Shown: positions 26,298 through 34,961 of the stretch, piece by piece | How the letters are laid out: each line of letters opens with the position of its first letter | How positions within the stretch are numbered: the first letter of the stretch is position 1 | IMG/VR virus record: IMGVR_UViG_3300031992_000044 | Origin: a virus | Strand: one strand, 5' to 3' | DNA: 64,000 bases | Translations under genes and position numbers: made by a program | The notes under the pieces: generated by a model | What the model was told of the DNA's origin: nothing | The model's input: only the letters and a program-made list of their open reading frames with translations | Database searches by the model: none

Positions 26298-26343
26298 TTT
26301 TGATAAACGATTTAATTTTAAAACTTTGTTTCGAAACCCAGTT

Positions 26344-26577
26344 TTAAAGGGAACTTGGAATAACCTTTCTTGGGATGCACATTGGTGGCATATTTTTATA
26401 GCATTTGCGTAAATCAAACGTTGTCTTTTTAGTTGGATAATCAAATCGTGCAATACACGGTGGTTTTCCATTTACTTGTTGACAAAACATACATGCAGTA
26501 TAGCCTGAACTATAACGACATTTATGTATTCTATAAACACTGCCATTTAATGTGACCAATTGACCATTTTTCCACAT
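26344..26577 (-). CDS. small Cys-rich protein (77 aa), paralog of 27510..27698
   Basis: N-terminus GQLVTLNGSVYRIHKCRY.. aligns with GQLCTINNAVYRAKRRINKCY.. in the paralog. Multiple Cys. Confidence 0.5.
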   Translation of the reverse strand: MWKNGQLVTLNGSVYRIHKCRYSSGYTACMFCQQVNGKPPCIARFDYPTKKTTFDLRKCYKNMPPMCIPRKVIPSSL

Positions 26578-26601
26578 AATTGTAAATATTGGTGAGTTTT
26601 G

Positions 26602-26672
26602 TAGTCTCTAGGAGAGTCGAACTCCTCTTCTAACAATGAAAATGTTATGTCCTACCGATAGACGAAGAGACC
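26602..26672 (-). tRNA. tRNA-Glu (anticodon TTC)
   Basis: GGTCTCT TC GTCT ATCGGTA GGAC A TAACA TTTTCAT TGTTA GAAG AGGAG TTCGACT CTCCT AGAGACT A. Confidence 0.8.
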
Positions 26673-27110
26673 AGGTAGGTAGTTACACGGGGAGAGGTAA
26701 AAAAACACGAGCCTTGAGTCCTTTTCAGAGTACGCCCTACATAACCACTGTTATGATTGTAACTACCTAATTGGTGAGACTGTTTATAGGATCTGGCAGG
26801 GTAGGCATTTCCCCTCGATTCTATCCTATGCACGGTACAGTCTCTTAAACCTCTTTAGTAAAACGTCCTATCTAGTTGAGTTAGATATCATACCCCAACT
26901 ATGCACCACCCTCCTGCTAATATCGCCTGTAGCGAATCCCTCGGACGTATTTGTTGCTGTGAAAAGTATACCCTGTCTCACGACAGAGTATACATGTAAT
27001 GAACACTTTCATTTAAATAACTTAAATAAACATTAAAAGTACTATGAAAATAAACCTTTAACACATTATTAATTTATCAATTAAGAAATGTCACACGCTT
27101 CACAGCGTTG

Positions 27111-27185
27111 TGTGGGAGAATGGATTCCAACCACTACCTACAGATGCAGAATCTGTCGCTCTGATGGTTATTAAGCTACTCCCAC
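27111..27185 (-). tRNA. tRNA-Gln (anticodon CTG), unusual D/T loops
   Basis: GTGGGAG TA GCTT AATAACCATCA GAGC G ACAGA TTCTGCA TCTGT AGGT AGTGG TTGGAAT CCATT CTCCCAC A. All four stems pair. The D-loop has CC instead of GG, and the T-loop has G at position 56. Confidence 0.65.
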
Positions 27186-27509
27186 TATACTCAGTTTGAC
27201 CCACTGAGTCTTAGAATAACTTCGTGCTGAGTCCGATTAGAAGAGCGTCTTTTCGACTTAGTTATCTAAGTTGGACAGGTATACATATGTCCGCGTTTAA
27301 TGCAATTGCACCCTCTCATCATTCGTACAGTAGAGATTGTCTAGACGTTGTATTCAGTTTCCTCATTTAATTCTGACTAACTGATAAAATCCAGATTCTG
27401 TACTTGCGGGCTTGAGGTTTCCGCTTTAGCTGATTTCTATGCAATATTGTAATGAACTCCCGTGCTTCACAGCAGAGGAGTTCAATAATGAATAAAATTA
27501 AAAGGACAT

Positions 27510-27698
27510 TCATACTCTCACGAGTATTATATCATTTATAGCACACTCAAGTAACGGTGTTCCATTACGCGAGTCCACTACATTTGGGCACATCGTTATG
27601 CTATTTAGTGCACATCCATAGCATTTATTTATTCTACGTTTTGCTCTATAGACAGCATTGTTTATTGTGCACAGCTGTCCTGGCTTTGGCGTCTTCAT
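27510..27698 (-). CDS. small Cys-rich protein (62 aa), paralog of 26344..26577
   Basis: MKTPKPGQLCTINNAVYRAKRRINKCYGCALNSITMCPN... ATGA overlap with the upstream gene. Confidence 0.5.
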   Translation of the reverse strand: MKTPKPGQLCTINNAVYRAKRRINKCYGCALNSITMCPNVVDSRNGTPLLECAINDIILVRV

Positions 27699-28159
27699 AT
27701 TACGTAGATATTATTCCATCTTGCTGCCACTTTTTTTTCTTTTGGGCGTAACGAAGACAGACGATACGGATTCCAAAATATTGGCTCAGTTACTACCACC
27801 GATATTTTTGAGTGTGGATTATAAAATACAGTCACATCATATTTACCACGATGCATTGACGTGAGCTCCTCTGTTTTATCAATTGCATCTTCCCATCTTT
27901 TTGTAGATGGATGCGTAATGACTGATGGACGATTTTTTATCAACCATTCTAAGTCATCCACGGGTAGTTGCAATTTGATGCATTTTAACTTTTTCAATCG
28001 GCTGCGTAATCTTGCGAATGACCCAATAGAGTTTTTAGGTACATGATGTACATATACCTGTGTACCTTCGACATCATCTACCATCAGTAGTCCTCCTATT
28101 AGAACATTACTGTTTTCCATTTTTGTTCGTACGAAATCTCCTTCTTTTAAATATTCCAT
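27695..28159 (-). CDS. hypothetical protein (154 aa)
   Basis: Intact ORF. Start context TTATCAAAAATG. Confidence 0.5.
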   Translation of the reverse strand: MEYLKEGDFVRTKMENSNVLIGGLLMVDDVEGTQVYVHHVPKNSIGSFARLRSRLKKLKCIKLQLPVDDLEWLIKNRPSVITHPSTKRWEDAIDKTEELTSMHRGKYDVTVFYNPHSKISVVVTEPIFWNPYRLSSLRPKEKKVAARWNNIYVI

Positions 28160-28291
28160 TTTTGATAAAATTTAAACGTTTAAACTCGTGCAGACATTAT
28201 AGCCCACTAACACTTGGGTTGCAGTTCCTTAGAACCAGAATAAGGATGATGATTGCCACACCTATCCAAAATCCTGGTTCTAAGTTGTTAT

Positions 28292-28393
28292 TTATTCTCT
28301 GGGCTTCCATAACTTTAGTATTAGTATAGTTAATCCAGAGAATACTACAGAGTACAGTATCATTTTCAAGATACCATATGTGATACCTGTCAT
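28292..28393 (-). CDS. tiny membrane peptide (33 aa)
   Basis: Hand-translated MTGITYGILKMILYSVVFSGLTILILKLWKPRE. ATGA overlap with the upstream stop. Confidence 0.3.
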   Translation of the reverse strand: MTGITYGILKMILYSVVFSGLTILILKLWKPRE

Positions 28394-28623
28394 TTTGTAA
28401 TCAAATATGAGCATTGTTCTTCACCTCCGAGATTTTTAATAACCTTGGAGATATCAATCTGAGCTATTTTTGCCGCATTTTCAGACGGCAATTTAGCTAG
28501 TAAGAGAGTGGCAGTGCCGCTCTTGACGAAGAGACGGCGACTGTCGTTTCCTTTAGAATCTACTCGCTTCTTTTTAGGAAGTGGTGGATTCTGTTGGTTT
28601 ATTTGTCGTACTCTTTCAGCCAT
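28390..28623 (-). CDS. hypothetical protein (77 aa)
   Basis: Intact co-oriented ORF. TGA stop. Confidence 0.45.
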   Translation of the reverse strand: MAERVRQINQQNPPLPKKKRVDSKGNDSRRLFVKSGTATLLLAKLPSENAAKIAQIDISKVIKNLGGEEQCSYLITK

Positions 28624-29099
28624 GCTTCGAACATTTGTTTCAATAATGACTCACTAATACGTCTATATAGTACTTCGAATGATAGATCTGAATCCCTTCC
28701 GAGTAGAATTGCACCCGATGTACCCATACGAGTATTAGTCTCATCCCACGTTTCAATTATTTCTCTAACAAACTTCTTATCTTCTTCTAGTTGTTTGTTG
28801 CTGGAATCAGTTGAATCTACTTCGGGAAGATCGTTGACAAATGCAATTAGGTCTCTACATCTTGCTCTTGCTTCACTGATGTTTCTAACCTTACAGCATT
28901 CTGCTAGTTCTTTAACTTCTACGAAGAATCGACCATCTCTTGGTGAAATGTTAATCGCAAAAATATGATTATCTTTACACCAATTTTTTATTGTTTGTTT
29001 ATTGATAATCGCATTAAATTTGTTCTTCCACTCAAGGTTTACTTCTTTTACGCACGTTATTTCTAAGCGCTCGTTTACAGATTTGATAACTGTTTCCAT
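28599..29099 (-). CDS. hypothetical protein (166 aa)
   Basis: Intact co-oriented ORF. Confidence 0.5.
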   Translation of the reverse strand: METVIKSVNERLEITCVKEVNLEWKNKFNAIINKQTIKNWCKDNHIFAINISPRDGRFFVEVKELAECCKVRNISEARARCRDLIAFVNDLPEVDSTDSSNKQLEEDKKFVREIIETWDETNTRMGTSGAILLGRDSDLSFEVLYRRISESLLKQMFEAWLKEYDK

Positions 29100-29102
29100 T
29101 GT

Positions 29103-29285
29103 TCAAATTTTTTGATTGATTTCGTCCACTTGTTCAAGGACAACTTTTTGGATGTTGTCATGACGCTTTTGCTCATTTTTAAGAGCTTTTAATTCAGAGT
29201 TTACTCTATATATGAGCACAAGTGCCCATACTAAGAAGATGAGAGTTAATGCTATATGGAAGCGCTCTAAGATTTCTAATGTCAT
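29103..29285 (-). CDS. small membrane protein (60 aa)
   Basis: Hydrophobic helix ALTLIFLVWALVLIY. Start context TTATCAAAATG. Confidence 0.45.
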   Translation of the reverse strand: MTLEILERFHIALTLIFLVWALVLIYRVNSELKALKNEQKRHDNIQKVVLEQVDEINQKI

Positions 29286-29305
29286 TTTGATAATGTTTTT
29301 TGATG

Positions 29306-29413
29306 TTATTCACTTGTAGAAGACCTGTCGCTTCTACTCGACCCACGAAACGCTTCGTAGTAAAATATGCAGATTAATACTACAATGATAAAACCTACAA
29401 ATAATCCACTCAT
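29306..29413 (-). CDS. tiny membrane peptide (35 aa)
   Basis: Hand-translated MSGLFVGFIIVVLICIFYYEAFRGSSRSDRSSTSE. ATGA overlap with the upstream stop. Confidence 0.3.
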   Translation of the reverse strand: MSGLFVGFIIVVLICIFYYEAFRGSSRSDRSSTSE

Positions 29414-29676
29414 ATTTCAGAACGTTTAGCAAGATCTGTCATTATTTGTTGCGGTACAGAGTACTCCGAATGTCCACGTAATACACCATAATGTACTTTG
29501 TCGAGATGTTCAGCAATATTACACATTGCTTTTACTAACGCATCACCGTTCTTGTTGCATACTGCGAGAACGATATTTCCATCACTTGCTTTGAATGTGA
29601 CGTGTGGCACATCACCTAAAGCATTTTCAACTTGTTTGATGATTTTCTCATCTTTTGTTACTAGCTTTTTACTCAT
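29410..29676 (-). CDS. hypothetical protein (about 88 aa)
   Basis: ORF 29410..29778 trimmed to ATG 29676 (MSKKLVTK), which has the variant TTAACAAAATG context. Confidence 0.45.
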   Translation of the reverse strand: MSKKLVTKDEKIIKQVENALGDVPHVTFKASDGNIVLAVCNKNGDALVKAMCNIAEHLDKVHYGVLRGHSEYSVPQQIMTDLAKRSEI

Positions 29677-29778
29677 TTTGTTAATATTTAAGGGTTTAAA
29701 ATTGATTTTCAAACAAAAGGCGCACTTAGAGTGTGCGCCATACTCATCTGTGAGGTTTTCGAAGTTCGTTGCCGCCAT

Positions 29779-30658
29779 GCGCTTAATGGTTCGGTTTCAG
29801 CGCAATCCATACCAGAAGGGCTGTCATCCCTTGTATACTGGCCCTACTAACCATAGTTTTGACGTACTATTTTTATCACAGGGGAGTATTGTACTTCTAA
29901 TCCCGACATTTACATGTTTCGTCTTAATTTTCAAAGACTCTTCAGGGGATTTAATAAAACTCCTCATATCTTCACAGACCTGAGGAGGAATAACTAGATA
30001 ACTAAAAAAACCTAAAACTTATATGGATAATTGTTATAATGGTTCTTATAAAAGGGCGGAGAGGGCCCCTTGTCCATGCTTCGGATCTCCGCCCTGCACT
30101 CTACGTTCCTAGCATCTATAGCTGCATCACGATTCTTTACACAGATTAACCAACTGAGCATTCTGCTTTTCTTTCTGTGCGAGTGACCATACATAGATGG
30201 ATTTTTGTTTGTGAGGACTAGTATCATCACCTCACAGTACCCTCTCTTTACGTCAAGCAGGGCTTTGTTTTTGTAAGGACTTGGAACGGTAGTCACCTCA
30301 CTGTACACCTATTGCCTAGTGTCTTTCGACCAATGTGCTTTGTGGAGTCTTAGGTCCGATTACTCCCAGAACGTCTTTTTGAGCGTTTCAGTTTATCTTA
30401 CGCACAACTTGACTACTTTTGTTTTTCAACCTTTTTTCAAACAAAGCGCGAATCAATCCACAAGGTTTTCTCAGTGTTCGTTTAATGTCATGCTGCTGAG
30501 CTACCCACATGACTAACAATACAGCTTACGATTTCCTTGGTCACGTAATACTGCATCAAAAGACATTTCCGTTTCGTCTTAATTTTCAAAGACTCATCGG
30601 GCGCTTTGGTGAGCGCAACGGAAGAGCAGTTTTAACACTTGCTTAGGTGCTGAATAAC
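29779..30658. other. ORF-free island with 25-nt direct repeats and a degenerate tandem duplication
   Basis: GTTTCGTCTTAATTTTCAAAGACTC at 29916-29940 and 30571-30595. Two roughly 60-nt related units at about 30196-30262 and 30263-30320. Strong 9-bp stem GGGCGGAGA/TCTCCGCCC at about 30054-30095. The only ORF (30012..30308) looks non-genic. Confidence 0.65.
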
Positions 30659-30856
30659 TCATAGACGAGCTATTCTTTGATACGGTGCAAGCATTGCTGC
30701 TTGCATCGGAGTTACTGCGAGCTTGATGCTCCCACACTTGGCGTATATGGATTTCTCTCTACGCCCTGTTGTGCCAGCTTTGCGGTCATGAGATATCATG
30801 ATGTGGCTACCGTCTGAGCTGGCTACTGCTGATGGATTGAATCTACGTCTATGCAT
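30659..30856 (-). CDS. hypothetical protein (65 aa), doubtful
   Basis: The ATG sits 1 nt after the upstream TAA. Composition is unremarkable. Confidence 0.3.
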   Translation of the reverse strand: MHRRRFNPSAVASSDGSHIMISHDRKAGTTGRREKSIYAKCGSIKLAVTPMQAAMLAPYQRIARL

Positions 30857-30857
30857 A

Positions 30858-31289
30858 TTAGTATTCTAACATAAATTTCTCTAATGCTATAATCTCATAA
30901 TTGAGTTGTTTCTTGTATGATATATAATCAACTCTTGTACAGTCACCTTTACAGTTTTCAAATATAGTATTTCTGCCATATTTGTATAGAATAATCATTA
31001 TAATTAATCTATTTAATGAATACCTATTTTTTGTATAAAGACGATAATGTTGAGTTATATTTTGAGCTGATTCATATCGTATTGTTGGGAGAAGATGAGC
31101 TCTTATCTTTGTTGGAGAACACATTATACTATTGTGGCTTGTTATGTATTTCTCTAACGCAGATACAATGTTTTGAAATGTATCATAGTCCATATTATTG
31201 GTGATTGATTTCGAAGAAAGAACCGACACAATCTTTTGGATTGTACAATTGGCGACTAGCCCTACCAAGTGGCTCATGTGCCGGTTCAA
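30858..31289 (-). CDS. hypothetical protein (up to 143 aa)
   Basis: The ORF opens with TTG. The first ATG is at 31277 (MSHLV). Confidence 0.45.
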   Translation of the reverse strand: MNRHMSHLVGLVANCTIQKIVSVLSSKSITNNMDYDTFQNIVSALEKYITSHNSIMCSPTKIRAHLLPTIRYESAQNITQHYRLYTKNRYSLNRLIIMIILYKYGRNTIFENCKGDCTRVDYISYKKQLNYEIIALEKFMLEY

Positions 31290-32208
31290 GTGAGGAAATA
31301 GAGTGTGCCCAGCTCTTTAACGTGGCTGGGCTTTACTTTGTTATTTGAATTGATTTCAAATATAAAAGGCTGAGTGTTGACCTTTTGTGTTACCATTTAT
31401 ATCTCTTTCAAGATATTCACACACCTGTTTTTATCAAGTAGGTAACATACGGACACATTTTTATTAGAAATGTGCAAAAACTACTCTCATATTATGTAGA
31501 CTAATTTCTCACTCATGGCGCTTGCGGCTTAACAGAGTGCCCCCTGAGACCAGATAAGTTTGATTTCATCTTTGTGTTTTCCTTGCGGTACTCACACAAT
31601 CTGCGTATTACAGCAGAACAACCGTATTTTCATACGAGAGTGCATAACACTTTTGCTTTTGTTAAATACTTTGGATAAAATAGATAACTAGAGCTCTGCT
31701 TGGAAGATGTGGTTATGCTTGTCACCATACTGGCTTTTGACCAGCTGCAGGTGCAACACCTTCCTATTTTCGCCTGCCAAGGCTACTCATTTCTAATAGT
31801 TTTATTTATCCTACCATTTCTGACTCAAGTAACCAGCTGGAGTTCACCATTGGTTGATGAATAGGATATTACTAATAGATTACACACTCTATTGGACTGG
31901 CAATCCTCTGGAGTATGATTATACTATATATTGTCGGTGTTACCACCCAAGGTAGCTTAGCAAGAGCCACCGTATACCTCTTCAACTCTGCCCGAGTATC
32001 CCAAGATATACTTATATAGTATAGCTTTCTTATGAACAGAGTCTGTGCTAAAGCACATATCTGCGCACACTCTTTCTAAAGGAGTGCACTTTATAGCATC
32101 GCTGCTTTATTCTCAAAGACAAGAAGCCTGCCTTCCATCACCGTTCACATTACTGTGCCGACTACTTTGGATATGTCGGGTGTAGGTTTAAAGGGGCTAA
32201 TGCCCAAG
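31290..32208. other. ORF-free island (0.9 kb)
   Basis: No ORF of 60 aa or more on the minus strand. Contains numerous stems and one copy of the 33-nt CCCAGC/GCTGGG hairpin element at 31304-31336. Confidence 0.65.
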
Positions 32209-32616
32209 TCAGACTTCCTCATATTGAGTGACTGGCTTGAGCACTTTGTAACCCAGTTCTTTTAGCATCTTTATTGCTCGGTTTACATCGAGTTCAAGTT
32301 GCTTTTTGTCTGGGTTTGAGGCCATACGGTTTCTTCCAATATAGCCATAATCATCCCACACCTTTTGTAAGCGTGAAATATGTATTGGTTTTGGGTTGAA
32401 ACAATATTTACCTCGTTGTATACGGATAAACGGAGGGTTTTCTCCATTTACCATACATTTTATGAGATTACCACTCGTGGCATATCCCATTTTGTTTAAG
32501 AGAACTTTGAACTCTTCAAGATTATAGGTCTTGCCGTTTTCATTCTCTCTACGCAGATTAAATCTCATGATTTCCTGCTCATCAACAATGTGATGCGTCT
32601 TTCTTTGCTGTGCCAT
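32209..32616 (-). CDS. hypothetical protein (135 aa)
   Basis: Intact ORF. TGA stop. Confidence 0.5.
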   Translation of the reverse strand: MAQQRKTHHIVDEQEIMRFNLRRENENGKTYNLEEFKVLLNKMGYATSGNLIKCMVNGENPPFIRIQRGKYCFNPKPIHISRLQKVWDDYGYIGRNRMASNPDKKQLELDVNRAIKMLKELGYKVLKPVTQYEEV

Positions 32617-32681
32617 ATGTTTATTGATTGAATTGATTTCAAGTTGTGCCCAGCTCTTTAACGTGGCTGGGCTTTACGTTA

Positions 32682-32822
32682 TCAGGTGTACCATATATCA
32701 TTCTGGGGATTTAATTCTGGCAATGTTATCCCCAAAGATAATGTTATTTGAGCAAGTCTTTTATATTCTTGTTCTTCATCAAATGGTACAGCAAAGTTTT
32801 CTGCTATTCTTCTGTAGTTCAT
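32682..32822 (-). CDS. small protein (46 aa)
   Basis: Hand-translated MNYRRIAENFAVPFDEEQEYKRLAQITLSLGITLPELNPQNDIWYT. Below the ORF-track cutoff. Confidence 0.35.
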   Translation of the reverse strand: MNYRRIAENFAVPFDEEQEYKRLAQITLSLGITLPELNPQNDIWYT

Positions 32823-33033
32823 ATGTTATTTGATTGATTGATTCAAACAAAAGCGGGAGAGTTGCTGAGTACAGACCAGCATCGCTCTCCCTACTTAATC
32901 ACAAAGTTGAGCTACTTTTTTGGCATTTCCCCATAGCTCTACGTTAGCGCCATGATCCGGGCTTTATTAGTGTGTGCAATTTAATGTTTAACTCCAGGGT
33001 GTACAACGGTCAAATCATACACCCTATCAACGT

Positions 33034-33279
33034 TCATGTAAATGTTGAAATGATGTTTGATGCCAATTCAATTTCTGACTCCAATATACACATAAAAATA
33101 GCCTCTATACGACTGAGATCATCATCTGTTAAGTACTCTTTTTTCTGATTTGGAGTACGATGATTTTCAATCACTTTGACTACTTTTGTGCATATCTCTA
33201 CCATCTGTTCAAGCTCGCGTGTTGTAAACTCCACGTGCTTACCGACGATAGCATCTCGGGTGATCAACTCTGTTTTCAT
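33034..33279 (-). CDS. hypothetical protein (81 aa)
   Basis: Intact co-oriented ORF. Confidence 0.45.
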   Translation of the reverse strand: MKTELITRDAIVGKHVEFTTRELEQMVEICTKVVKVIENHRTPNQKKEYLTDDDLSRIEAIFMCILESEIELASNIISTFT

Positions 33280-33394
33280 ATATCTATTGATTAGGAAATG
33301 TTATTTGCTTTGTTCACTTTGGCTATTTATAGTGTTGTTATACGTCAAAACAAAAGGCGAGGAGCCGTGCTATGTGCACGACCCCTCTGTGTTG

Positions 33395-34012
33395 CTAAAC
33401 TGCGGGAACGGCTGCTGGTGTTGAAACGCTATTTGTTAATGGGGTTTCGGGAGCACCTGGCAGTACGATACCTGCTGATTGTCCGTTATCGAACTGTGAC
33501 GCAGGAGCGTACAGGTTGTTCCAGATGGAACTTGCCTGCTCTTCGGGCGACCAACCTTTGGCATACCTGAGTTCGCCAGTTTCATTGTCCGCAATCTTCT
33601 TTGTCAGCACGATGATGCTGTTTCTGCGATAGAACTGGCCGTTCTTCGGGTTAACCATCGGCACATTCTCTCCGTCCTTCAAGCGCACCATGTCCACACC
33701 GCCAGGTGAGAGCACCTGTTCGAACTGCGCGTGTGTCATCACGAGCAACTCTGCTGGAATGGGCTTCGTGGCGTCCTTCAACTGACTTGGGAGCCAAGTC
33801 TGTCTGCCGAACTGGTCAACAGGGCCTGGTAGTGCTGGCACGATGTACTCGGAGATTTTCTTGACCATTCGCTCGTTGAACGTGGTCATCGTACCTGGCT
33901 CGTCCCAGTCATCGTCGGGGTTAACTACTGTGGCCTGTAAAAAGAGGCTGCCTGCGTTGGGCTTACCGTCCGCAACTTTGCGCAACTTAATGTCTTCTAA
34001 ATTGTACTTCAT
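33395..34012 (-). CDS. hypothetical protein (205 aa)
   Basis: Intact ORF, G+C-richer than its neighbours. Operator-like repeat 45 nt upstream. Confidence 0.55.
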   Translation of the reverse strand: MKYNLEDIKLRKVADGKPNAGSLFLQATVVNPDDDWDEPGTMTTFNERMVKKISEYIVPALPGPVDQFGRQTWLPSQLKDATKPIPAELLVMTHAQFEQVLSPGGVDMVRLKDGENVPMVNPKNGQFYRRNSIIVLTKKIADNETGELRYAKGWSPEEQASSIWNNLYAPASQFDNGQSAGIVLPGAPETPLTNSVSTPAAVPAV

Positions 34013-34173
34013 ACTTTAAAACGTTTTAAGTGGAACAATGTTATGCAGTTGATGTCTGCATTCGATAATAAATGGCTTATTCGATTTCTGCCTAGTTGTG
34101 TACGACTATGGTTATCAGTATAGATTGTGTACCTAGCGTGTTGTGTGTGTCAAACATAAGCCAAACCTACGCA

Positions 34174-34368
34174 TTACCGCGCAGGATTGGACTTTTCCGC
34201 GTATCGCACGTTGTCCACGAATGTGATGCGTGTGAACCGCTTGTTGAGGTGCTTTTTGCAGCGCAGTGCTGCTGCGAAGCACTCCTCTTGTGTGGGATAC
34301 TCGGGAGATGTACGCCAGTTGCCGTTGGACATCTCGATGCTGAACTGATAGGTGGTAATTGTTTCCAT
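34174..34368 (-). CDS. hypothetical protein (64 aa)
   Basis: Intact ORF. Operator-like repeat 28 nt upstream. Confidence 0.45.
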   Translation of the reverse strand: METITTYQFSIEMSNGNWRTSPEYPTQEECFAAALRCKKHLNKRFTRITFVDNVRYAEKSNPAR

Positions 34369-34544
34369 AATCTATTTTGTTAAGTTATGCAATATTGCAT
34401 TCGATAGGAAAAGGCTTATTCGACCGGAAGTTACCCGGGGGTACTTTCCTTTTGGCGAACAGGTGGGGAGGTGATTGGAGTGTGTTTCTTGTTTCTGCAT
34501 ATATAATACAATTTCTCGTTTCCACACTCGCACAACAAAAAATT

Positions 34545-34594
34545 TTGCAAAAAAAAATAAAAAGAGCTAAGAAGATTACTCCTCCTAGCTCTTT
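34545..34594 (-). terminator. strong Rho-independent terminator
   Basis: Minus strand AAAGAGCTA-GGAGGAGTAATCTTCT-TAGCTCTTT followed by TTATTTTTTTTT. Confidence 0.75.
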
Positions 34595-34752
34595 CCATTA
34601 TGTTTATGTTGTGCTTTATACTTTACTATGCGTTCATGTAGATCTGTTCTATCTTCTAATAGTATGTCTAGAAGATACCAATATTCTTCTCCAGCCTCTT
34701 CGTATAGCGTTTCTACAGTAAAATTCCTGCAATACGGCACTCTCCACTCCAT
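34576..34752 (-). CDS. small protein (55 aa, or 58 aa if the TAG is read through)
   Basis: Hand-translated MEWRVPYCRNFTVETLYEEAGEEYWYLLDILLEDRTDLHERIVKYKAQHKHNGKS, then TAG (34585-87), EE, TAA. Confidence 0.4.
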
Positions 34753-34961
34753 TATCTAAACAAATCTATTAGTTTATTCTTACTATCAGGTTTCTCAAAA
34801 GGTTCTAAGATAAACTCCCAATCTATTTTATCCCAATCATCTTCCCCAGATGTACATAAATCATATCTACGTATACTCTCTTGTTTCTGCTCTTCAGTAT
34901 ACTCATCATTATCTGCAGATATTAGAGTACCGTAGATTAATGCTCTTATATCATTCTCCAT
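34752..34961 (-). CDS. hypothetical acidic protein (69 aa)
   Basis: Intact co-oriented ORF. Confidence 0.45.
   Translation of the reverse strand: MENDIRALIYGTLISADNDEYTEEQKQESIRRYDLCTSGEDDWDKIDWEFILEPFEKPDSKNKLIDLFR

Noticed and set aside
30012-30308. 98-aa ORF inside the 29779-30658 island
   Set aside because: It spans the tandem duplicated units and the strong GGGCGGAGA stem, has no start context, and reads as low-complexity sequence. It is more likely a chance ORF in structured RNA or DNA.
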